Shown piece by piece: positions 1-11,400 of a stretch of 64,000 nt of DNA. The DNA lies in the IMG/VR virus record IMGVR_UViG_3300024269_000049, positions 1-64,000 of that record; one strand, written 5' to 3'. Made by a program: the position numbers and the translations under genes. The notes under the pieces were generated by a model. That model had not been told where the DNA came from. It was given only the letters and a program-made list of their open reading frames with translations, and did no database searches. Source of the DNA: an uncultured virus (IMG/VR IMGVR_UViG_3300024269_000049). Its lineage: Duplodnaviria; Heunggongvirae; Uroviricota; Caudoviricetes. Each line of letters opens with the position of its first letter. The first letter of the stretch is position 1.

Positions 1-1264
1 CTGCACCAGCACATGAAGAACCTGGTGATAATATTATTCCTTTAGCTCTTGAACTTGCAAATGAAGGACAGTTTATAGTTGATGCTAATTGATCTGCTAC
101 ATCTTTAACATCTACACCTGCTCTTAACGTTATAGATATCATTCTAGATAAAGCATTTAGATTACTATTACATCCACCTGTTCCTCCTTTATTTATAAAT
201 ACTTCTGTCATTTTACCTGTGTTTCTATCGAAATATACTTGTAGATGTAAAGATCCACATCCACCTGATAATTTTTTCTTTAACCCTATAACATCATCAC
301 TTGTAGGTACTACTACACCTCTAGGTATTTCATTTTTATTTTCTTCAACTTCTACAGATTTTTCTTCTTCTTTAGGTTTACTTGTTGTTAATATTGCAGC
401 TCTATCACAACCATCTCTAAATATTGTCATTCCTTTTAATCCTTCATTCCATGCATGTATATATAGGTTTTCAACTTCTTCTACAGTTGTTTCGTTTGGA
501 AGATTTAATGTTGAAGATATACTTGCATCTATATGTTTTTGCCATACGCCTTGCATTTCAACACGTTTATAAGGATTTATATTTTGTGCAGTTACAAAGA
601 ATTCTGGTAATTGTTCCTCTTCTGTTAAACCGAATTTCTTCATAAACTCATCGGCTATTGGTGTGAATACTTTATAATATCTATCTTCACCATGTAACGA
701 TTCTGTTTTTCTTGTATACGATAAACTGAATATCGGTTCTATACCACCACTTATACCTAACATTGTAGATAATGTTCCACATGGTGCTATTGTTAATAAT
801 TGACTATTTCTTAAACCATATTCTTCAACTAATCTATACGTATCTGTAGTTGTATTCATTGTTAAGAATGAAGATTTTAATACAGCATCATCATTATATT
901 TAGGATAAGGTCCGAATTCTTTAGCTAATAACGCACTTGCATATATTACTTCATTAGCCATTATAAATCCTAAATGATCACAGAATCTTTGAGCTTCAAT
1001 TGTGTCATATTTTAATCCTAATTTAATTAACATATCTGCTATACCCATTACACCTATTCCTATTTGTCTCCAATCTCTTACAGAATCTCTTTGAACTTGT
1101 AAAGGATGTAATGGTAATCCTTGATCTAAAACATCATTCATACCTTTAACTATTACATGTATATCATTTAAAAATTCTTCTGAATCAAACTCATTATTTT
1201 TAACGTATGCAGCTAAGTTTATTGAACCTAATAAACAACTTCCACCTGCAGGAAGAGGTTCCTC
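1..1264 (-). CDS. nrdJ: Class II (adenosylcobalamin-dependent) ribonucleotide reductase, exon 2 (runs off window start; includes C-terminal TSCPD-like region)
   Basis: Hand translation from 1264 reads EEPLPAGGSCLLGSINLA...WRQIGIGVMGIADML...RNSQLLTIAPCGTLS...SGGIEPIF...GCGSLH...GGTGGC...NCPSF; it continues the NPCA motif of exon 1. Confidence 0.93.
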
Positions 1265-1973
1265 CACTTTGTTATCCTAAGGGCTTTTTATCCCCTAGCT
1301 CTTACAGTTTCCTGTAAGGTCGGCATATATTTTCACTCTTAAAGAGTGTCGGGAGCTCGTGGGAGAATTATTGCTTTCATAATAACGCTCATCTCCTATG
1401 CTCTACGGACAATATTAGATATTACTGCCCTCGGTATTACCATATCTTTTATTTATTATTTATATCTGGCTTCGTATGGAGTGCTAATCCATCCACCTCT
1501 ATCCTTTACTAAATTATTATCGTAAGCATGTTGTGTGTTTATACTACCATTACACCATTCCAAATTTGTATAATTATTATTAAGCTTATCACCGTCTTTA
1601 TGATTGACTTGATCATAAATATCTGGATATGGATTTGTAACATAATACATAGCAACAAGCCTATGAACTCTAAGATATCTTCGTGTATTCGTATCTATGT
1701 CTGTAACTCTAATTCTTTTGTAACCATGAGCTATATGGTAATAACATTCTGTCGTTTTACCATTTCTCATATCTACTTTGTATACTTCTCCATTTTCAGT
1801 TACATAATATTCATATCTATCTGAAACATTAAAATCAAAAGTTATTCTTTTCATAGTTATACTTAGCACTTTATACGAATCATAAATAAAAGACTTAGGC
1901 TCTCTTACCACTTTAACCTTACGGTTTAGTTGACCGATACATCCCGATTTTTTACTTGAGCCAATTAAGGTCT
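1265..1973 (-). mobile_element. Group I self-splicing intron in nrdJ (709 nt) carrying an HNH endonuclease ORF
   Basis: Removing it restores NPCA|EEPLP. Exon ends in U and intron ends in G. P1 CUUGUGCU/GGCUCAAG has a U.G pair at the splice site; P3 UCGGGA/UCCCGA; P4 UCGGU/ACCGA; P7 GCAUA/UAUGC. Confidence 0.92.
1456..1911 (-). CDS. Intron-encoded NUMOD4/HNH-type homing endonuclease (true start may be ATG at 1854)
   Basis: YYVTENGEV, VHRLVA, QVNHKDGDKLNN...NLEWC...N..HA motifs. Confidence 0.9.
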   Translation of the reverse strand: MVREPKSFIYDSYKVLSITMKRITFDFNVSDRYEYYVTENGEVYKVDMRNGKTTECYYHIAHGYKRIRVTDIDTNTRRYLRVHRLVAMYYVTNPYPDIYDQVNHKDGDKLNNNYTNLEWCNGSINTQHAYDNNLVKDRGGWISTPYEARYK

Positions 1974-2765
1974 AGCACAAGGATTAACTCCAGCATATTC
2001 GAATTCTGGATCTTCACTTAATAAATTATATTTTTCTATTCTATCCCAGAATAATATACCTGGCTCTGCCATAGACCAGTTATTTTTACTTAATAATCTA
2101 AATAACTTTTTAGCATTAACCATTTTACTCATTTTATCCCCATGTTCTGTTTCAAAAGATAATTCCCATTCTTCATCATTTATAACAGCAAACATAAAAG
2201 CATCGTTTACTCTTACAGATATATTTGCTTTTGTTACTCTAGTTAGATCATTTTTGATTTCTATAAATTCTTCTAAATCTGGATGATCACAACTTATTGA
2301 AAGCATTAAAGCTCCACGGCGACCATTCTGCCCTATAGTTCCTGTAACTTGACTAAATGTATCCATAAATGATACTGCACCTGTAGTTGTATTAGAAGCA
2401 TTATTTACTTTCATTCCTCTAGGTCTTAATTTACTTATATCTACTCCACAACCTCCAGAATAACTATAAGTTCTAGCTAAATCCGAACATGTTTTATATA
2501 TAGATTCTATCGAATCTTCTACTGCTGGTATAACATAGCAGTTTGAATATGTTATTTTCTTACCTAATTTATCCATTCCTCTATTTGCTAATATACGTCC
2601 AGCAAATAAGAATTTTTTATCTTTAATTAATTGAGCGATTTCTTTATCCCCGTCACTTACTCTATCTAACCATTCTTCAAATGTTTCATTCCCTTGTTTA
2701 TATTTCTTTTCCCATATATCTATACCTAATTGGTTTTCATTTCCTAACCATTCATTTACTCTCAT
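1974..2765 (-). CDS. nrdJ: Class II ribonucleotide reductase, exon 1
   Basis: FAGRIL, SNCYV, GGCGVDISKLRP, GRRGALM, HPDLEEFI, ANISV, AEPGILF, GVNPCA motifs; RBS GGAGG. Confidence 0.95.
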
Positions 2766-2804
2766 AATCTATACCTCCTAAATATTATATTTTAATTTTA
2801 TTCG

Positions 2805-2816
2805 TATCTAATTGTT
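2805..2816 (-). promoter_or_regulatory. AACA-N6-TA phage promoter upstream of nrdJ
   Basis: AACA ATTAGA TA on the minus strand. Confidence 0.6.
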
Positions 2817-2826
2817 ATATAACTAT

Positions 2827-2970
2827 TCAAATTTTATATTTTTCTTTTTCATTAGACTTCGTTTTATATTTATGACAATTTATTGATACAAAATCTGTTA
2901 CGAATACAAATATAAACATTAATAAAAAGAATATGCTCATTATTCTGATAAATGTTAGATGAACACACAT
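2827..2970 (-). CDS. Small membrane protein (47 aa, not in ORF track)
   Basis: MCVHLTFIRIMSIFFLLMFIFVFVTDFV...; RBS GGGGTGGTG; hydrophobic segment followed by a basic tail. Confidence 0.5.
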   Translation of the reverse strand: MCVHLTFIRIMSIFFLLMFIFVFVTDFVSINCHKYKTKSNEKEKYKI

Positions 2971-2983
2971 TTCACCACCCCTA

Positions 2984-3715
2984 TCATTTTAAAAATCCTT
3001 TAGCAGTTTTCATTTTATATTCACATTTAATTTGATTAGCTATTTCTGAGAATATAGTTACTAATAATAATGAACTACCTATATTAAATCCAATATAGTT
3101 TATAACTAGCAGGATCATAATATTTAATATAATTTTATCAATTTCCATTTGTCTTAAGATTCTTTTTGTATCACTCATTTTTTTACCAGCAAATGCCATA
3201 GAATGTGTACTCATCATATTAAATTCTTTATTAATATCAGAATCAATTAAATCTAATATTAAACTGATTATAGGTATTGATAACTCTTTTGGTATATTTA
3301 AATGAGATAATAGTTCAGACATAGCTAATGTCTGAACAGCATTGGTTAATACTTTTTTACGTAATATATTTTTACCATTAACACATATAACGTCTTTATT
3401 TATTGTAACTTTACTAAGCATATAAGCTAATGGTATAGTTATTGTACCATATATATCTATGTCAGTTATTATATCTAAACCTAATAAAAGAGAGACGAAA
3501 TCTGCATCGTCTCTCTTTCTTTTTATTATTTTATTTATTTGGTTTATAGTTACTGACATAATTATTATTTTCCCATCTCTGAATATTAACCCTGGTATAA
3601 GAACTGCTAACACTGCCTTAGATCTCTCACTCATTCTAATATCATACTTTAATAGGAAATTTTCTATTGCTCTTATTGTTATATTGCTATTTATAGCTGG
3701 TCTTAACATACTCAA
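2984..3715 (-). CDS. Hypothetical protein with hydrophobic segments
   Basis: 243-aa ORF, GGGGGGA RBS, C-terminal TM-like stretch. Confidence 0.7.
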   Translation of the reverse strand: MSMLRPAINSNITIRAIENFLLKYDIRMSERSKAVLAVLIPGLIFRDGKIIIMSVTINQINKIIKRKRDDADFVSLLLGLDIITDIDIYGTITIPLAYMLSKVTINKDVICVNGKNILRKKVLTNAVQTLAMSELLSHLNIPKELSIPIISLILDLIDSDINKEFNMMSTHSMAFAGKKMSDTKRILRQMEIDKIILNIMILLVINYIGFNIGSSLLLVTIFSEIANQIKCEYKMKTAKGFLK

Positions 3716-3731
3716 TCATCCCCCCTACTTA

Positions 3732-4100
3732 TTAATAAAAATCGTAATATGAATTTACATAATAATGTTCTATATAATATTCTGGTATTTCAGTTGGTTC
3801 ATCGTTAACTTTAATTTCTACTTGTGTATCAAAAGTTCCATATCTTGAGAAGTTATTAACTATCTCTTCGGCAGTTTCTATTATATCATAGGTACAATCA
3901 AAATTGTTTATTATAATATTAATATGATAGGTTTCAGTTGTTTCTTCATATCCTATACCTATTCCATGTTCAACTCCATGATAATCTATTGAATATAAAT
4001 CTCCACTGAATGCTACTACATTACTTAAAACTTTTGCCATCGTTAATTCATCAAATTCTCCATTTCCTTTTGTACTAATATCTAATAAATAATTTTTCAT
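3732..4100 (-). CDS. Acidic hypothetical protein
   Basis: ORF with AGGAGG RBS. Confidence 0.75.
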   Translation of the reverse strand: MKNYLLDISTKGNGEFDELTMAKVLSNVVAFSGDLYSIDYHGVEHGIGIGYEETTETYHINIIINNFDCTYDIIETAEEIVNNFSRYGTFDTQVEIKVNDEPTEIPEYYIEHYYVNSYYDFY

Positions 4101-4130
4101 AATATATCCTCCTATTTTTTTAAATAAAAT

Positions 4131-4155
4131 AAGGTATAGGGAAATCCCTATACCT
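4131..4155. terminator. Intrinsic terminator hairpin
   Basis: aggtataggg-aaat-ccctatacct inverted repeat with A/T tract. Confidence 0.65.
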
Positions 4156-4156
4156 C

Positions 4157-4372
4157 CTAATTATTTTTATATATTCCTGGGAATATTTTTATTAATGTCT
4201 CTGCACTATCATATTCATATTCATCAGTTTCGCAACCATTTTCTGTTACTATTATTGTATCGTTTTTAAGTTTCATTATAAATTTGCCGTCTTTTTTATA
4301 AGACGAAAAAGGTACGTTCATCATCATTAGCATAGTATATACTGTCAAATATTCACTATCTAAACTTTTCAT
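4157..4372 (-). CDS. Hypothetical protein
   Basis: ORF with GGAGGT RBS. Confidence 0.7.
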   Translation of the reverse strand: MKSLDSEYLTVYTMLMMMNVPFSSYKKDGKFIMKLKNDTIIVTENGCETDEYEYDSAETLIKIFPGIYKNN

Positions 4373-4385
4373 AAATCATTACCTC

Positions 4386-4700
4386 CTATTTATTATATTT
4401 ATAATATATTTCTCCACCTGAACAATCAGGATAAACTGTAAATCCTTTACAACCATAATTTTCTGATTCATTTATAAATTTTTGTATTATTTTATAATAA
4501 TATTGTTTTTCTATTATATAATGATTTTCTGTTTCCATATTCATAAAATAAATTAATTTCTTAGATTTATCTATCATTACTAAAGATTTCTTTAATTTGA
4601 AATCATATACTGGTTCATCATTTGTAAAATCATATAACATATAACACTCTAAATTTGAATAATTTGATTCTACTGCGTCATATAAAAATATAATATCCAA
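4386..4700 (-). CDS. Hypothetical protein
   Basis: TTG start, GGAGGT RBS, AACA-N6-TA motif at 4726-4737. Confidence 0.7.
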   Translation of the reverse strand: MDIIFLYDAVESNYSNLECYMLYDFTNDEPVYDFKLKKSLVMIDKSKKLIYFMNMETENHYIIEKQYYYKIIQKFINESENYGCKGFTVYPDCSGGEIYYKYNK

Positions 4701-4782
4701 TCCAATTACCTCCCAATTTTTTTATTACTAATTTGTTATCTGGAACATAAAAAATAATAAGGAGATTTCTCTCCTTATTAAT

Positions 4783-5316
4783 CTATTTCACAACACTTCT
4801 TAACCAAGCTGGACATGTTGATTCAACTTTACATTTACGATGTTTCTTATATAATACTTCTTTTGCTTCTGAATCATCTGCTCCAGGTCTCTTTGTCATT
4901 TTAACTTCTTCTTCATAATCGTCTATTATTAAACTACATTGTAGGTCAGGCTTAGCAATGAAGTTAAATTTCTTTCCTGTACCTGCATAGTTTAGAATTG
5001 TCTCACTAGCTATTTCATATATTGCTGATACATCTTTGAATTGATAATCGTTTGTTAATATTCTTTCGGCTTCTTGTTTATCTACGCCGAAATCAAGAAG
5101 AATTTTCATTACCATTTTTCTGAAATCTAATGGAACATTTATTTCTTCTTCAACTAGTTCACCATTTCTTGTTTTAGCTATTGTTGTTTTATTGTTTTCT
5201 ACATCATTTAAATATGCAGATGTAAGTTCATTGAATAATTCACGGCTGAATGATCTTTTACCACCATTAGATATTTCTTCTCTTACTTCATTTACTAATT
5301 CCATATAAGTTTTCAT
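4783..5316 (-). CDS. Conserved-looking phage protein, possibly a divergent HU/IHF-like DNA-binding protein
   Basis: C-terminal half ILNYAGTGKKFNF...KRPG...KKHRKCKV resembles HU helix/beta-arm topology by eye; preceded by both promoter types. Confidence 0.45.
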   Translation of the reverse strand: MKTYMELVNEVREEISNGGKRSFSRELFNELTSAYLNDVENNKTTIAKTRNGELVEEEINVPLDFRKMVMKILLDFGVDKQEAERILTNDYQFKDVSAIYEIASETILNYAGTGKKFNFIAKPDLQCSLIIDDYEEEVKMTKRPGADDSEAKEVLYKKHRKCKVESTCPAWLRSVVK

Positions 5317-5364
5317 AAATCATTACCTCCAATATTTTTTATATTATTTTTGTATTACACTTAT

Positions 5365-5394
5365 ATAATATAGTATCGAAATTTTATGTTTTAC
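5365..5394 (-). promoter_or_regulatory. Early promoter motif GTAAAA..TAAAATTTC-N5-TATATTAT
   Basis: Motif recurs at 34923, 37345, 38447, 55142 and 62869. Confidence 0.7.
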
Positions 5395-5426
5395 GGATAT
5401 AATTATTTGTTAGAATTTGTATAAAA

Positions 5427-5438
5427 AACAATACTCTA
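5427..5438 (+). promoter_or_regulatory. Late promoter AACA-N6-TA for the giant tail gene
   Basis: AACA ATACTC TA about 35 nt before the ATG. Confidence 0.7.
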
Positions 5439-5473
5439 AGGACTAGTGAAACTTTATAGAAAGGAGAGTAAAT

Positions 5474-8400
5474 ATGGCAAAAAATTCGAAAAGAAATATT
5501 AACGATAGAATTAAAAAATCCGTTCCCGATAACGAATGGTTGCGTAATGCTGCCAAGAGTTTCGGATTTACTTCTTTAGATGTTGTTAAATCTTTATTAC
5601 CAGATACATCAGATACAGTAGAATGGAATGCTAAAGTGATTATAGATAGCATGGATATGATTAACAATATTCGTGATAATAATGGGATCAGAAATGCTTT
5701 CAATAAACAGTTCCAAAATATACCACAAATAAAAGCATCCAAAATGATTGTTAAAAATGCTTTTGATGATATTAAGACTGGTAACTTTTATAATAAAGGT
5801 CGTCTTGAAGGTACTGATGATGCTTTCGATGATTTTGGTGATATGTTTGGTGATGATAGTGGACCTCAATTTATAGACGAAGGTGACGACTTTTCATCTG
5901 AACCACAATTTTCAGAAGACGACTCATCGAATTCTAGTAGTAGACCACCTGTTGCTGTAATAAATACAATGCCATTAGCAAAATCAATAGCTGCTAGTAC
6001 TGAGGCTACAGTTAATACAATGGTAGCTATATCTGATCAACAGATGGCTGTAGAAACAGAAAAAGCAATGTTCACTCAAAGAGCTAACGGTGTTTTCCTT
6101 AATGCATTAACATCTATTAATGATAATTTAGCATTATTGGTTCAATTTAATTCCGACTCTACTGCTAAATTTCATGCAGCTGCTACAGAATATTACAGTC
6201 AATCAATAGATTTATTAAAAAATATAGAGAACGCTGGTAAAAGTGAAGGAAAAGAACGAAAAAGAAAACGTGTTCTTGATATGTTCACATCAAGTGGTGG
6301 AATTAAAGGAGATGAATACTTAAAACAATTAAAACAAAATTTAATTGATATTAAAGATGAAAACCCTATTATAGGTAACATAGTCGATCAAGTTTTAAAT
6401 ATGGATGTTTTAACAGGTATAGCACAAAATCCTATAGGTACATTAGTTCCTATGGTTGTACAAGGTGTCTTATCTGAAACATTTAAATCTACACTTGGGG
6501 CATTAGATAAAAGAGTTAATTCTGTAATGCCTGCATTATTAGCTAGGATTAATTCTTTTGAAGATAATGATAATACATTATTAAATGGTATAAATAAATT
6601 ATTAGGCACAAACCCAAAAGTATCAAAATATGTTAAGTTAGGTGATTATGAAAAAGGTACTATAACTTGGGATGGTGAAAGTAAAAAAGCTTTAGTAGAA
6701 GTTATACCTACATATTTAAGAAGAATTGAAAGTGCACTAACTGGTAGGGAAGAAAGAATATATGATTATGACAGTGGTGAATTCGTTCCATATAAGAAAC
6801 TAAAAGAAAATTATGAAAAACGTCTAACTTCACAATATACATCAGGATATGTAAATTTAGAAACTGAAATGATGGATATTGTTAGAAAGATGAATCTTAA
6901 TACTAAGGATTTAGATCAGTTTAAAAAAGATATGGAAGAATACTTTACCGTTATGACTAAACAAGGTCATCGTATAAATCACAGAAAATATAAAAATCTT
7001 GCAGGTGATGAAATCGATGAATTTGAAGATTTACAATTATTCGAAGGTGACCCTATAAGAACTGAATTTATGCGTAAAGTTCTTGAAGGTGTTAATCCGA
7101 CTACACTTGTTGAAAGTGCAGCTATGGGTATTCAAGATAGTATAAATGCAGTAAATAAATTTTATGATGATATACGTTTTAATACTAATAAATATGGATA
7201 TTCATCTTTAAATAATGAAGTTGATGAAAATGGTAAAGTTAAATTCCAGGGATTAAAACCTGGTGGAATGCGTGATGAATTTGGATTAAGTCAGCTCGAC
7301 TATTTACGTGATATAAGATCTGCACTTATAAATGGTATACGTGTATTCCCAGACAATACTAAAAAAGGTAGAAGTGGAATACCTAATGCAGAACTTTTAC
7401 AAAAAGAAAAAGATGAAAATACTACAGTAGCAAAAAGAAAACAACGTGAAAAAGACAAAAAAGACAAAAACGATGATATAATAAATAAAGATAAAAACCG
7501 TATGAATTCTATAGTCGCTGGAAGTGAAAGTGAATGGGCGAAATATTACAATGAGCATGAAAAAATAGAATTTAATACAGATACTAAACGTGGTAAATTC
7601 TTACAATCTGTATCAGATTTTAATGATAAAGTAGATGGACATTTATTTGAAATACTATATGGTGATGAAGATATAGCTAAAAAATATGCAAACAAAGTAA
7701 TCGACTATGGTAGATCTGGAAAACCTTTAGTTACATTAATGACAGGTATGTTTGGAGATACTATAAAAGCATTTAAATCTTATTTTACAGGTCAAGGATA
7801 CGTTACATCAGATGGTGTTAAAGTTGAAGGTAGACCTGATAATATGATAGATAAAGTATTTGGATTCTTTACTGGATTAAAAGATAAACTTACTAAAGGT
7901 AAAGATGGTGAAGATGGACTCATTCAAAAAATGACAAAAGATTTCATGGCAGGATTTGAAAAATTCAAAGTAAATTTATTCGGTGAAAAATTCTTATCAG
8001 AAAATGATGCTAAAGAAACATTCCAAGATCTTGCTCAAAAAGTAAAAGAAAGATTACCTAAAGCTTTAGGTTATGGATTAGCTGGTGGAATGGTTAAAAC
8101 ATTCTTCTCCTCTAGATTAGGATTATTAGGTAATTTCTTATTACCTGGTGGACCAATGGGTGCTGTTTTAGCAGGTACTGCATACGGATTCTTAAGACAA
8201 TCGGAAACTTTTAACCGTGTTGTATTTGGTGAACAAGGTGAAGATGGAGAAAGACTTGGAGGAATAATATCTAAGGAACTTCAAGATAAATATGCCGAAT
8301 ATAAAGGTAGTATTAAGAGTGGAATAGGACTTGGAGTATTAGGTTCATTATTTTTACCTGGTGGACCAATTTTAAGTTCTGTATTAGGTATCGGTGCAGT

Positions 8401-11400
8401 AATGACTGCAAAAAGTGATGCTTTCCAAGAATTCTTATACGGTAAAGATTTCGCAAATAAAGACAATAAATCATTAATGGATGGTGCTTTTGGTAATATG
8501 TTCAAAAGACTATCTGGAAATGAAAATCCTGAATTAGCTACATTCTTAGGAACTGCTGGATTAGGTGTAGGTATAGCACAAGGTGTAGGTTTACTTCCTG
8601 CTTTCTTATTACCTGGAGGTCCTATAGTAGGAGCATTAATGGGATTAGCTGGTGGTATAGCAGCTTCTTCAGAAAAATTCCAAAAATTCTTACTTGGTGA
8701 AAAAGATATAGATGGTCAAAGATATGGTGGTTTATTAACTAAATTTAAAAACTGGTTCGATGTATCTTTTACACAACCATTAAAAATAAGAGTTCAAGAA
8801 ATGCAAGATGATATGTATGGATTCTTAAAAGGAAAACTATTTGATCCTATAGCAAGATCATTCGAACCTGTAGCACAAGCACTTAAATTTATGGCTAGTG
8901 ATGCATTTGATCTTATGAAAAATATAGGTACATCTATAGTTGAAAGTTTTAAAGAATCTATAATAAATCCTATAAGTGAAAAATTAAAATGGATACTTAG
9001 TCCTATTGGTTGGGTTGTTAAATCTATGGGTAAACTTTTAACAGGTGTTGTTACATCACCATTAAAACTTATAGGGGCTATTGGTACAGTATCTGAAAAA
9101 TATAATGAACATTACGTAATAAAAAAAGAAAAAAGACGTAGAGCAGAAGAATTTGATGCTTCATATACTGGTGATGAAGGGCTTAGATATTTTGAACGTA
9201 GAAAAGCTGCTCATATGTCTAAAGAGGAAAAAGAAGCACTGATAAATGAAAAACTTGCATATAGACATGGTAAATCTAGAAAAGAAAGAAAAAAAGAACA
9301 AGAAGAAAAACTTAATGCAGAAATGCAAAAACGTAAAGCAAAAACTGAAGAAATGAGACAACAGTACGAAGATGATAAAGAATTTGCTAAAAAACATGGA
9401 TTTAAATATGCTAGTAAAAAACAAAAAGAAAAAAGAGAACAAGAACTAAAAGTTAAATCTGCTTGGATACAAGAACAATCTTTAGTTCAAGCTCAAGAGA
9501 CTGATGAAAAAGTTAGTAAAATAGCAGATAATGTTGTTCATTTATCAGATTATAGAGATTCAGTTGTAGATAAACTAGATGAAGTTAATAATACTTTAAA
9601 AGACGGTTTAAATAAGCTAAATAATCAAGGGCAAAATTCTGATATTAGTAAAAATATAAACAACGATCCTGATATGGACCCTGCTAATTATGGAAAAGTT
9701 ACAGATGAACATTTAGCACCTATTTACGATTTTATTGCTAAGCATGAAGCTAAATATGGTAAAAACACATCTGTTCCTGATACTCGTGATGAAAGTGATT
9801 ATGGTAAAGTTACGGATGAACATTTAGCAACTATACATAATTTCATTGATAAGTATGAAGAAAAACATGGTACTACTTTACAAGAATCTTTAGATAATTT
9901 AAATGAAAAAATAGTATCTAATAAAGAACCTAAAGCTGAAGAAGAAAAAGTCGAAGAACCTAAAGTTGAACAACCAAAATCACAAGCTAAGATTGTTATA
10001 GAAAACGAAGAGACTTTAGGAACTAAAATGAAAAAAGGTATATCTAAGTTACTTAAAAATCTTAGAAAAAAAGGTAGATCACATGCAGAAGGATTAGATG
10101 AAGTTCCAGGAGATGGATATATAGCAGAACTACATAAAGGGGAAATGGTTGTTCCTGAAAAACCAGCAGGACTACTTAGAGGTATGATGGATAAAGCTGG
10201 TAAAGGATTTAAGGGATTAACTGATAAACTTTTAGGTGGTAATGAAGAAGAAAAAGTTGAAAAAGAAGGTGGAATCGACATCGATGGCGATGGTGATACA
10301 GATGGTGAACCATCTATGCTTAGTGGAATATTAAAAGGACTTTCTAGTGTAGTTGGAGGTATGGGTGGATTACTAGGTAAAGTTGCCGGAATGGGTGATG
10401 GTGAAGCTAGAGATAGAAATGATAATGCCTTAGGAATGACTGATGAAGAAGCAGAAAGAATGAAAGAACTTGAAGACAGAGCAAGATATGCACAAGCATC
10501 TAGAAAAGATGTTGACTTTGTACAAAATCAAATAGCTGCTAGAGATAAAGAAAAAGCTGATAGACAATGGAAAGAAGACTTACTAACTGCAATTAGAGGA
10601 ATAGGTAGTTTAGGTGCTGCTAGTTTAGATAGTGGTATGTCATTATTTGATTTAATTGGTGCAGGATTTGATTCTTTAGGTAGTTCATTAGGTTCTATAT
10701 TAAAATCATTAGCTATACCATTAGGTGTGTTTTCATTATTAAAAACTTGGAAAGATCATAAAAATTCTGAAGAATACATAGAATCTAGAACTGATGTTGA
10801 TGGTAGTATGATATATGATAATACTGATCATGTTGTTAAAAAGAATTTATGGTCTGCTAGAAAAGCAATTAAAAACCCTATTAAAAAGGTTATTAAGAAA
10901 TTCACTGAACCATATGTAGAAGGAGCTAAAGCTATTTACAATAGCGAATGGGGTAAAAAGAACCTTCAACCATTTGGTAATAGAGTAAAAGAACATATTC
11001 AAAATGCTAAAAATAAATTTAATTTCTTTGGTAAACCTAAAGCTGCTGATAATGTAGTAGATTTTGCTTCTGCAAAAGCTGCTAAAGAAGGTGCTGAATC
11101 AGCTGCTAAAAATGCAACTACAAAAGGTGGAGCAAAAGTTATTAATTTTGCTGATGCTAAATTAGCTAAAGAAGCTACTGAAAAAGGATCTGGTAAAGTA
11201 CTTAAAAAAATTGCAGGTGAAGGTGTTGAAAATTTAGGCGATAATAAATCAGTAATGAGTAAACTTATAAAAATGACTAAAACTGCATTAACTGAAATAG
11301 GTCAAAAAGTTGCTGAAAAATTCCCTAAAATGGGTAAATTCTTATCTAAAGCTGATGGTATATTTGCAGCATTATTAAAAAATGCTGATATGTTAGTACC

